Shown here: piece by piece, positions 1 through 11,528 of the stretch
Numbering within the stretch: position 1 is the stretch's first letter
How the letters are laid out: each line of letters opens with the position of its first letter
Translations under genes and position numbers: made by a program
Notes under the pieces: generated by a model
The model's database searches: none
What the model saw: only the letters and a program-made list of their open reading frames with translations
What the model was told of the DNA's origin: nothing
Source of the DNA: Mobula birostris
Taxonomy: Eukaryota
Assembly: GCF_030028105.1 (NCBI RefSeq)
Contig: NC_092379.1
Location: 28,017,821-28,081,820 of the forward strand
Direction of reading: 5' to 3'
Length of the DNA: 64,000 bases

Positions 1-970
1 GTAAAGAGATTGAATATTTTTCCCAGGAACTCGTGGGTTTATGTCAAGTGCTTTGGTGCCTAAAGTCTGGCTGGTTTTGGTAATCCGATTTGTTAGTGTA
101 AACTGTAACCTAAGTAGGTTGTGATTTAAGCAGTGCATTTACGGGCTGCGAGCAATGATGTGCAGAAAGGGGAAATTCCTTAATGTATCTCAAATGCATT
201 CGTAATCATACAAACAAGCACATAAATAGGTAAAAAAAGAACCAGCTTGCCCTGCAAATCATATATTCGGTGCGAATTCGGGATGAATTTGGATTTTAAA
301 CAAATACAACGGTTATAGATGGCAAATAAATTATACTAAATGCTCATGTTGTCTGTATTTTTGGAGAACAGATGAAACTGCTTAAAATGCATGCCGGGAG
401 ATTCTACAAAACTGCATCTATAGCTGAATCCCTTTCGTGTGAAAAGTAAACCAAAATTCACTCTAGCAACATATCAATTTTCAGGCCCATTATTTGACCA
501 TATTTGAATTAATCTCAGTACAGTGTTCACAGTGAAGCTGCAAGAGGGTAATTATGTTTAGAAGCAGAAATGGATTGCACCATAGTTGCGCAATCCTTGT
601 GTTACACTCGCAAAACGCCACGTTAAGAATCTCTTTCCAGCATGAAACGGCTGAGATTCCCAGAGGTTTTCGATTGCAAATGTCCTTTCTCATTTGAAAT
701 TCTGTACATTTCTGTACGTCTTGAATGCTGAGCATTGATTTCGTAATGTCAACAGAGCGATGCAATGAGGGCATTGCTTATAGAAACGTTATTTTTAACA
801 TTTCAGTAATGGTCCACAAAATACCAGATGCACAACACTATTCTGAAAGAGAATGATGCTCCAGAGGGAACAAATGATTGAACAGTACATCTCGCCAGAC
901 TTCGATTTAAGAATGTTGCTGAAAATTCTCACGCTCATTAAGTCATGCTGAGTCATTTTTGCATTGTCAT

Positions 971-1884
971 TGTTATGTGGTCGGCAACAATGAATACAGC
1001 AAATGAGTCAGGGGTTTATAAAACACAAACAAACATTGATTAAACTCTGTTCAGCAATAGTGAAAAGTATTGAAACGACAAACTTAAGCGGAAGTTAATT
1101 GCTACACGGCATCCCTTGAACAGTTCTTAAAAGGGTAAATGCAAAAACAGTAAATTTGAACACAGTCTTAAAATGCCAAATTCGAAAGTCCAAGTGATTT
1201 ACACAGTGGATAAGGAGAGACCTGTCTGGAAACTGATTTCATCAAAGACATGGCGTTCCTGCTGATTCTCCAAAGGATTCACGACAAAGGAGATAAAACG
1301 GCTCTAATGAGCTGACCTTTTTCTAGCGAGTGAATCCTGTACAAACCTCCCTGCTCTTGCAGGAGTTATACAGATGCAGTTGGCCATATTCTAAACTAAT
1401 TCTCCCTAATGTTAATCCTTCATTAAACCGCCGAACCTTATTCCGATCCTTCAGGTTCCCGTCCTTTAGTAAGGTCTTAATTCTCCAATACTACTGTAAA
1501 GGTAAATCAAAGATACACCAACAAAGGTGACAGCGATTGGCGATACTGCCTGCACAATAATTCTGTGCCTTACAATAGAAAGTAAAGCTCCGTTTAAAAA
1601 CGAAACTGCGTCATGAGACGAATACGCAGCATAAGGGACTACCTGACGAACTAAACTGACAACTCAACTGAAAATCTAACTGCGTCACACCAGGGGTCTC
1701 CCATTTATACCTGTTGTGAAACATGTCATCACGTGACCTCACACTGGCGGGAAAATTACATCACCCCACCATCACAAGACCATTACACCTTGGTCATAAG
1801 ATACTAAGTTACATCATTGTCATAGGAAATTCAATTACATCATGGTCATAAGACAGTCACAAGATACCCACGAGGTATTGAACA
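971..1884 (-). mobile_element. Solo LTR (914 bp)
   Basis: TGTT...AACA termini with TCAT TSD (967-970, 1885-1888). Absent from the paralogous site near 46915; TATAAA on the minus strand at 1704-1709. Confidence 0.75.
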
Positions 1885-2799
1885 TCATGATGAGATGAAG
1901 TATCTGATAAATTGTTATAATCGAAATTATTTATTTAGTTATATGCTTGGTAGGGTACTTATACTTACCTCATTGTCAACAGAACTATATATCTACCTGT
2001 TTGTCTACGGTATCATTTGTTTATTTATTTTCTAAATAGCTTCATAATTAGTTATTTACTGACCTTTTTAGGTGTTAATTCTTTTAGCTATTTGTGTGAC
2101 TTGCCCAGTGTTGTTTATTTATTACCTGATAATTATTTATTTATGAATTATTTATTCAAAAAACGAGGTAGTCGTTCAGTACAAAACTGTAAAATGTTGG
2201 CCACAACTTATGATCTATCACACTCCCTTTTGGACTTCTGGGGAAAAAAAAAGAGCAAGGTCGACATGGTAGATAAAAACCGCTTGATTACCTTAACATA
2301 TTACTGAGAATTAACTTGAAGGTATTTTCCAGCTGATCGATAGATTTTGCAATACATATATATAAAGTGGCGGGGGGGGGGGGGCAACAACAACAGGGAA
2401 GGAAATGTAAGTTTGGTCCAGTTAGATTCATTTCCCTACTGAGTTGCGTTCACGATCATTACATTTGGGACGCTGCTATGTACTGATACAAACACATTCT
2501 TTTTTTTTTTTCTCGCGTGTTCCTTATTATAGCTAATAATAGATGAAGGAAGACACACTTTTTCTACTTTTATCCACACATTAAACTTGTTTTCCTCTTT
2601 TTCTGAGTTTTTGAGATAGAATGTTTCGTCAATTAGAAAATGAAACACTCACGAGGCCCACGGGTATTTTTTTTCATGCTCCACATCTGCCGGAATTTAT
2701 TTCCTACCTCAGACAAAATATGAACCCGGTGATTAAAATTGCTCCACATCGCGTTAGGCGACATTATTGGAGCGAAAACAACATATTTCACTGTGCAAA

Positions 2800-5700
2800 A
2801 AAGCGGCCAGTGAGTGAGTGGGCCAGTGAAGGAGTGGAGCTTTGACGCATTGACTTGAGAGGCTTCGCGATAAGAGGCGGAGGACAAGCTTGCTCGCAGT
2901 TAGTCTTTACAGTGCCTCCTGAGATGGTGATGTGCCTCTCATGTGAGATGTGGCAGTCTTGGATGACGCCACTGTCCCGCAGAGTCATATCTGACAGAAG
3001 TGCATACGGTTGGGCGATCTGGAAGACCGTGTAAGGAATCTGGAGCAGCAGTTGGATGATCTTCGACTCATAAGGGAGAATGAGGCAGTCATAGATCAGA
3101 GCTACAAGGAAGTAGCCACACCTAGGCTGTCGGAAGCAGGTCGTTGGGTGACAGTCAGAGGGGGGAAAGTGAAGGTGAGCAGACAGGTAGTGCAGAGCAA
3201 CTCAGTAGCCATTCTTCTGAATAATAAGTTAACTGTCCTGCATACTGTTGGCGGGACGGCCGACCAGAGGTGAGCCACGGTGGCAGGGCCTCCGGCACTC
3301 AGCCTGAGCCAGTGGTGCAGAAGTGTGGGACGGAGAAGAGGAGAGCTGACGTTATCGGAGACAGTATAGTCCGGGGAGCAAACAGGAGATTTTCTGGGCG
3401 TGATAAGGACACCCGCATGGTTTGTTGCCTCCAGGGTGCCAGGGTCCGGGATGTCTCTGACCGGGTGCACGACATCATGGTACGAGAGGGAAAGCAACCA
3501 GAAGTGGTGACACATGTTGGGACCAACGACATAGGCAGGAAGAGGGATGAGGTCCTGAAGTGTCAGTTTCGGGAACTAGGCAGAAGGCTGAAGAACAGGA
3601 CCTCAAGGGTGACGTTCATAGGATTGCTACCAGTGCTGCATGACAGTGATTGTAAGAATTGGAGGGATGACAGTTCAATACATGGCTGAGGCGTTGGTGT
3701 AGGGAGCAAGGTTTTAGATTTTTGGATCATTAGGATCTATTCTGGGGAAGATGGGACTTGTACAGATTGGATGGGTTTCACCTGAACTCGAGGGAGAGCA
3801 ATATCCTTGCAGGTAGTTTCGCTGCCATGGTTCGGGAGGGTTTAAAATAATTTGAAAGCGGGATGGGACCCAGAGCGATAGAGCAGTGAAAGAAGTGCAT
3901 GGAGTAAAGCCAGATCTAACATATGGAGAGGCTTTGAGGAAAGAAAAGCAGAATAAACGGAGTAAAGACAGTAAGGTAGAAGGACTGGAATGTGTGTACC
4001 TCAATGCAAGAAGCATTAGGATGAAAGGCGATGAACTGAGATCTTGGATACATACATGGAATTATGATGTAGTGGCTATTACAGAGACTTGGCTGGCACC
4101 AGGGCAGGAATGGATTCTCAATATTCCTGGATTTCAGTGCTTTAAAAGGGATAGAGAGGGCGGAAAAAGTGGAGGAGGTGTGGTATTACTGGTCAGGGAT
4201 ACTATTACAGCTGCAGAAAGGCTGGGTAATGTAGCAGGATCATCTTTTGAGGCAGTATGGGTGGAAGTCAGGAACAGGAATGGTGCAGTTACTCTTTTGG
4301 GGATATTCTATAGGCCCCCTAGTAGCAGCAGAGATACTGAAGAGCAGAATGGGAGGTAGATTTTGGAAAGGTGCAAAAATAACAGGGTTGTTATCATGGG
4401 TGACTTTAACGTCCCTAATAATGATTGGCACCTGATTAGTTCCAAAGGTTTAGATGGGGCGGAGTTTGTTAAGTGTGCCTAGGATGGATTCCTGTCACAG
4501 TATGTGGACCGGCCGACAAGGGGGAATGCCATACTAGATCTAGTACTAGGTGATGAACCGGGTCATATCAGAGATCTCTCAGTGGATGAGCATCTGGAGG
4601 ACAGTGACCACCGCTCCTGGTCTTTAACATTATCATGGAAAAGGATAGGATCAGAGGGGACAGGATTTATTTTAATTGGAAGGGCAAATTATGAGGCTAT
4701 AAGGCTAGTACTTGCGGGTGTGAACTGGGATGATGTTTTTGCAGCGACATGTACTATGGACATGTGGTCGATGTTAAGCGATCCCCTGCAGGATGTTGGG
4801 GATAAATTTGACCGGTGAGGAAGATAAGGAATGGTAGGGTGAAGGAACCATGGGCGCCAAGTGAGGTGCAAAATCTAGTCAGGTGGAAGAAGGCAGCACA
4901 CATGAGGTTTGGAAAGCAAGGCTCAGATGGTCTATTGTGGAATATAGGGAAGCAAGAAAGGAGCTTAGGAAGGGTTGAGAAGAGCAAAAAGGTGGCATGA
5001 GAAGGCCTTGGCGAGGAGGCTAAAGGAAAACCCCAAGGCATTCTTCAAATATGTGAAGAGAAAATGGATGACAGGTGTGAAGGTCGGACCGTTTAGAGAT
5101 AAATGTGGGAAGATATGTCTGGAGGCTGTGGAAGTGAGCGAGGTCCTCAATGAATACTTCTCTTCGCTATTCACCAATAAAAGGGAACTTGATGATGGTG
5201 AGGACAATATGAGTGAGGTCGATGCTCTGGAGCATGTTGATATTAAGGGAAAGGAGGTGCTGGAGTTGTTAAAATACATTGGGACGGCTAAATCCCCGGA
5301 GCCTGACGGAGTATACCCCAGGCTGCTCCACGAAGCGAGGGAAGAGATTGCCGAGCCTCTGGCTAGGATCTTTATGTCCTCGTTGCCCACGGGAATGGTA
5401 CCGGAGGATTGGAGGGCGGCGAATGTTGTCGCCTTGTTCAAAAAAGTTAGTAGGGATAGTCCCAGTAATTATAGAGCAGAGAGCCTTACGTCTGTGGTGG
5501 AAAAGGTGTTGGATAAGATTCTTAGAGATAGGAACCCTGGGTATTTAGAGAATAATGGTCTGATCAGGGACAGTCAGCATGGCTTTGTGGAGAGCATATC
5601 GTGTCTAACAAGGCTGATAGAGTTATTTGAGGAAGTGACTAGGCACACAGAAGAGTTTAGTGCAGTGGATGTGATCTATATGGACGTTAGTAAGGCATTT

Positions 5701-6835
5701 AACAAGGTTCAACACGGTAGGCTTATTAAGTAAGTAAGAAGGCATGGGATCTAGGGAAGTTTGGCCAGATGGATTCAGAATTGACTTGTCTGCAGAAGGC
5801 AGAGGGTCTTGGTGGAGGGAGTACATTCAGAGTGGAGGATTGTGACTAGTGGTGTCCCACAAGGATCTGTTCTAGGAGCTTTACTTTTCGTGATTTTTAT
5901 TAATGACCTGGATATGGGGGTAGAGGAGTGGGTTGGCAAGTTTGCAGACGACACAAAAGTTGGTGGTGTTGTAGATAGTGTAGAGGATTCTCAAAGATTG
6001 CAGACAGACATTGATTGGATGCAGAAGTTCGCTGAGAAGTGGCAGATGGGGTTCAACCCGGAGAAGTGTGAGGTGTACACTTTGGAAGGACAAACTCCAA
6101 GGCAGAGTACAAAGTATATGGCAGGATACTTGGTAGTTTGGAGGAGCAGAGGTATCTGGGGGTACAGGACCACAGATCCCTGAAAGTTGCCTCACTGGTT
6201 GATAGGGTAATTAAGAAACCTTATGGGGTGTTAGCTTTCATAAGTCGAGGGATAGAGTTTAAGAGTCGCGATGTGATGATGCAGCTCTATAAAACTCTGG
6301 TTAGGACACACTTGGAGTACTGTGTCCAGTTCTGGTCAGCTCACTATAGGAAGGATGTGGAAGCATTGAAAAGGGTACGGAGGAGATTTACCAGGATCCT
6401 GCCTGGTTTAGAGAGTATGCATTATGATCAGAGATTAAGGGAGCTAGGGCTTTACTCATTGGAGAGAAAGAGGAGTACAGGAGTCATGATAGAGGTGTAC
6501 AAGATAATTAGAGGAATAGAAAGACTGGATAGCCAGCGCCGCTTCCCCAGGGCACCACTGCTCAATAAAAGAGGACATGGCTTTAAGGTAAGGAGTAGGA
6601 AGTTCAAGGGGGATACTAGAGGAAGGTTCTTTACTCAGAGAGTGGTTGGTGCGTGGAATGCACTGCCTGAGTCAGTGGTGGAGGCAGATACTCTGGCGAA
6701 GTTTAGAAAGACTATTAGACAGGTATATGAAGGAATTTAAGGTGCGGGGTTATATTGCAGGCAGGCTTTGAGTGTCGGCACAACATTGTGGGCCGAAGGC
6801 CCTATACTATGCTGTATAATTCTATGTTCTATGTT
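2800..6835 (+). mobile_element. Near full-length, inactivated CR1-clade LINE
   Basis: ORF1 has a CxxC zinc finger/zipper remnant (~2926-3110) and an SGNH esterase (VIGDSIVRG, HVGTNDIG). ORF2 has an APE domain (YLNARS, ITETWL, GDFN, DSDH) and RT (GVPQGSVLG, KFADDTK). TTCTATG tail; candidate TSD CAAA; empty site near 47842. Confidence 0.93.
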
Positions 6836-9207
6836 CAAACATTCTCACAAGGCCTCATCATATAAGATTAAGTTCAGAATATTAGTTAATCTTCTGTTTA
6901 TTCTGCATAGCTGTTTAACGACTCTTTTTAAGACCTGGATGTCCGTTGCACTCCGGTCACTCATTCTACAGTTTACACTGGTTCGTAACAGTTTGGAACA
7001 GATTATTAGTCGTATGATTTTTAGCACGAACTCATCTTCGCTCTGCACAGATGCTGTTTGTTCTTGTGGATGTTGTCTCACGTTCTCATTCATTTGTGTT
7101 ATTAAGCACGCGGTATGTCGCCTTTCTCAAAAAGTGAAAGTGTACAGTGCCACTGACTTTGAACGTGTATTAATCATGACCATTCATAGTTCTTCTACGC
7201 AATGCTATTTAATGTTGTACAAACTCACTCCATATTACAGCAGCAACTTTGATACTAACCCTGCGCCTGTTTTCACTGTAGTCGTCCGCCAAACTCCATA
7301 ACATTAACTGAGCAATTTATAGCATTCACAAAGTTCATATAGGCAGCTGCAGAAACAGTAGAAGCCATTGGACATAAAACTGCGTCATACTAGAGCAGGT
7401 GCTGATGTATTAGACTGAGTGATTGGACAAACTATTTTTATTCCCACGATAGAAAGTGCGATATACAGCATTATCTGTCCTCGCAATGAGTAGCATAAAC
7501 CTGAGTTAATCTGCAACATCATGTATACAATAAATGTTAATTTATTATAAACTAGCGGTAATTACTCTCAGATAAGTCATATTATTGTTATTTTGTATTA
7601 CCTCATGACCTTATATTACATATTACCTTATATATTAAACCCCCCTTTTGCAGTTCCAAGAACTGCTGTCAGGTTAACACAACAGATTGACCACATACCC
7701 TTCTATGTCTGTTTTATTTCCACGTCACATTCACAGTATGAGATCGGCATTCGATCAGAAATTATTCCAAATTCAGGTGAAAAAGTTTTTGAATCAGAAT
7801 ATGATATGTGAGACACTGTAACACAAGGGATGTGAACTGCACTTTCTAAACCATGCTTTCGAGAAGGTTAGAGTCTGAACACATCGTCTGTTTGGAAGCT
7901 TCGTCACAGTCATACGATCCAGGATTAGGTTCAATATGATTGATTTTCATTTTTTTTCCCATTCTGGCTCTGTTAATGGGGTATTGTTTACTTCCGATAC
8001 CACAAGGTTTTAATCATAATTTAAATATTAAAACTAATTATAAGTGAGATAATTAAAAAACACTTTACTCTTGCCGATGATGAACGACACGTCCGACATC
8101 CAATGCCAAAGCGTCGCATTCCACTGTCCCAAAATGCGAGACTTGATTTTTGATTACTACGACCTGCAAGTCATTAATCAAAACATGCGGCAAACGTTTA
8201 CGCGGATGGTACTATGTCATATCCTGCTGAAAAAAAATGCAAAAATTAAAAAAAAAAACAACGTTGAACTGGTTTCATTTGATTATTTCTAAGCCTGAAA
8301 CTCAGAACATAGGTGCGTGTCAAATTCATTTAAATTAGGCGGGAAATTTGCTGATTAATCTCAACATTCCGGAAAGGAGGCTTTATTTTTTTCATATCCT
8401 GACATTGTTATCTACGTTTATCCATTGATCCATTATATAGAACAGGTAGATCATCGAGAGCTTTCAGCTCAAATTAGGAAAGGAAAGCTCTGCATCAAAG
8501 GCGAGATTCTCGTTTGTCTGCAGTTAATAAGGTAAATTGATTATTTTCATTTCACATGACAATTATTAAAGACGAACAGTTTGGGAACACCCTGCTGGCG
8601 AGGAACTTTTGCGAAAATCGATGAATGAACAGTCCAAGTGAGCGAACTACTTAATCCTTGCTGTCAACTGGTGGAATATAACTTCTTTGCTCTTGGCGAT
8701 GTTATATAACTTCCTTCATGTAACAACAACCTATACATAATCACTGCTTCCAAACGTCTAATTGATTGGTAGGTTACTCAAAGAAAAGCTAATTTCACAG
8801 TTTGCATGTGAACACGTCAAAATACCGTGCGCTGCGCAGCGTGCTCATTTCTTTATTTCAGATCAATTCTGCTGTCTCAATTCTGCCAGAAATCCACATC
8901 AGATTAAAGTAAATACTGTTATTGCATCTTTTGCTGCACCCACAGTTCGTTACACTCCCATTTATTCTGCTCTTCTCTGAGTCGTTGAGCAAGTGCAATT
9001 TGTTGACAGTCTTCTCACGAGAATTGCCGGATGCCACACATTCCTCCGCCTTTGCGTGGCGCTGCGCTGTTCTGTCAGCTCACAAAGTGTTTGACTCCTC
9101 TATTGTGCACTCTTGCGATCGCCTTGGCAAAATTTCATTTCCTGCACTGCGTGTGAACGCCTTTTTCCATTGTGTCTTTAGAGATTCAACACCGTGCGCT
9201 GCCTGAT

Positions 9208-9215
9208 GTGATTGG
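9208..9215 (+). promoter_or_regulatory. Inverted CCAAT-like V promoter element GTGATTGG
   Basis: About 90 nt upstream of the ATG; invariant at 38765-38772, 40729-40736 and 57811-57818. Confidence 0.45.
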
Positions 9216-9303
9216 TTGGTTTGGCTAAGAGTATGTGCATTTCTCCTCTGGCAATGAGTTTCCCCTCCGTGATCACTGGAGTACGGAGTCAAACAGAGTG
9301 ATT

Positions 9304-9778
9304 ATGAAGACCTGTCTCACGCCGGTCCTTATTGTTGTGTTTCTTCTGGGTAAGATGTTCCTTCACTGTAATATTTGAGACCTCCGTAGTTCTCTTTAAA
9401 CACGTTTTCTTGTCTATTTACGTAACCATGCTGTTCGAAATAGAACTTATGATCTATTATTTATTTTACTCTTAGATTGGAGCCTGCAAGACTCAGTGGA
9501 ACAGTCACTGGATGCAATGACGGTCGAAGAAGAAAGTAATGTTACCCTAAATTGTACTTTACAAACAAATGCTGCATTCCCGAATGTTTTCTGGTACAGG
9601 CAGCGCCCCAGACAGCGACCACAGTATTTGATCAGGATCATCAAAGGAACAGTAAACAGAAATGAAGATGTAACCAAACGATTAAATGCTTCCTATGATA
9701 ACAGTAAAAAGTATTCCGAACTCTCAATTAAGAACGCCGCAGTCTCTGACTCAGCCACGTACCTCTGCGCGATGAGCA
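9304..9778 (+). CDS. TRAV: V1: intact TCR alpha/delta-type V gene segment (leader 9304-9349, intron 9350-9475, V exon 9476-9778)
   Basis: The leader MKTCLTPVLIVVFLL ends at G|GTAAG and the acceptor is CTTAG|. The spliced frame is open through ...TLNC...FWYRQRP...DSATYLCAMS with Cys23, Trp41 and Cys104, followed by a perfect 23-RSS. The CAMS ending and lack of an octamer favour TRA/TRD over Ig. Confidence 0.92.
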
Positions 9779-9817
9779 CACAGTGTTGAAAAAACTCAAT
9801 TATCTCGAACAAAAACC
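9779..9817 (+). promoter_or_regulatory. 23-RSS of V1
   Basis: CACAGTG 9779-9785, 23-nt spacer, ACAAAAACC 9809-9817; both elements are consensus. Confidence 0.97.
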
Positions 9818-9838
9818 CACTTCCACAGTTTCTTCGAG

Positions 9839-9857
9839 AGCTCGATAGAGGGCGAAC
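9839..9857 (+). promoter_or_regulatory. CTCF-like motif 3' of the V1 RSS
   Basis: AGCTCGATAGAGGGCGAAC, 21 nt after the nonamer; core CGATAGAGGGCG resembles CCASYAGRKGGCR. Same position after every RSS in the window. Confidence 0.55.
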
Positions 9858-10377
9858 ATATCAAGGTTATAAAACGGGTAAATGAAGTCTAAAGGATTAG
9901 TCCCATGATTTCATATGATGTCACAACAAGCATCTATCACCAGTGATGCACCCAATTGGCATTTGCAATGGATGTTTTTTCTTTCTTCGATAGCTGTAAC
10001 TTTTATTGAAGCCACTTCATCTTCAGTGATTTCTATGTGTTACTTAATTTATCTGAAAATTCACCATTTCACATCGGAAGCTAACACAATCATCAGTACA
10101 TATACAGGATTCCTTTTTAGGGGTACTTTGACACAGAAAAGGACAAAACTTTGCCACAGGAATGGCGCATGTCTCAATCGATATTATACTTAAACTTGTG
10201 GAGAAGCCATCGTTTAGTGAAATCACTCAAATGCAATCATGTGGCTTTTGATTTCAGTCAAAGATTCAAAAGAACTTTGCTAAATTGTTGCGCTGAATGT
10301 CGGTGTTTTTTTTTTCATTACCACGCGACAGACTTACCTATTTAAACGCCAGCATCACATCGTTTCCGACATAAACA

Positions 10378-11528
10378 AAGATATGGATTTCAGCAAAGCA
10401 TTTGATAAGATAACCCATGCAAAGCTTGAAGTTAAGTGATCCAAGGTGACATTTTTTTGTGGATCCAGAACTGTCTGCACACGGAAGGCAAAAAGAAGTT
10501 GTAGACGTATCCTATACTGCATGGAAGTCGGTCACCAGTGGGGTGACTCAGGAATCTGTTCCGGGACCCTTACTTTCTTGATTTTTATAAATGACATGGA
10601 TGAGGAAGTGGAGGTGTGGGTTCGTAAGTCTGCTGTTAACACGAAGATTGGATGTGTTGTGGATAGTGTGGATGGCTGTCAGACGTTACGGCGGGTCATT
10701 GATAGGATGCAACATTGGGCTGAAAAGCGGCAGATGGATTTCAACCCAATGAAGTGTGAACCGGTTCATTCTGTTAGGTCAAATATGATGGTAGAGTACA
10801 ATATTAATGGTAAGACTCTTTGCAGTTTGGAAGATCAGAGGGATCTTGGGGCCCGAGTCCATACGAAGCTCAAAGCAGCGCGGCAGGCAAACTCTTTGGT
10901 TAAAAAGACGTACGGTGTATTGGATTTCATCAATCGTGAAATTGAATTTAGGAGCCGAGAGGTAATGCTGCAGTTATATAGGACCCTGGTCAGACACCAC
11001 ATGGAGTGCTCAGTTCTGGTCGCCGCACTACAGGAGGTTGTGGACGCCATAGAAAGAGTGGAGAGATGATTTTAAAAGATTTTGCCTGTATTGGGGAGCA
11101 TGCCTTATGAGAATAGGTTGAGTGAATTAGGCTTTTTCTTGGAGCGACGGAGGATAAGAGGTGACCTGATAGATGTGTATCAGATGATGAGAGGAATTGA
11201 CCGTGTGGCTATTCAGATGCTTTCTCCCAGAGCTGAAATGGTTGCCGCAAGAGGACATATGTTGAAGGTGTTGGCGAGTAGGCACAGAGGAGCTGTCGGG
11301 GTAGTTTTTTTTTTTTTCTCGGAGAGTGTTGAGTGCGTGGAATGCGCTGCCGGCAACGGTGGTGGAGGACGATACGATAGGGTCTTTTTAAAGACATTTA
11401 GATAGGTCCATGGAGCTGAGTAAAATAAAGGGCTGCAGGTAAGCCGAGTAATTTCTAAGATAGGGACATGTTCCGCAAAACTTTGTGGTCTGAAGGGCCT
11501 GTATTGTGCTGCAGTTTTTCTATGTTTC
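10378..11528 (+). mobile_element. 5'-truncated CR1 (RT C-terminus and 3' end)
   Basis: MDFSKAFDK start, IEFRSREVMLQLYRTLVR, TTTCTATG tail; the same insertion point is seen 3' of V4. Confidence 0.88.

Noticed and set aside
8800-8807. GTTTGCAT as an Ig octamer
   Set aside because: It mismatches ATTTGCAT, lies ~500 nt from the ATG and is not conserved in the other V copies, so it does not support an Ig assignment.
8922-9206. Short ORFs upstream of each V (also 38379-38836, 40322-40812) as a conserved gene
   Set aside because: Frames and stops differ between cassette copies, so the similarity reflects duplicated non-coding flank.
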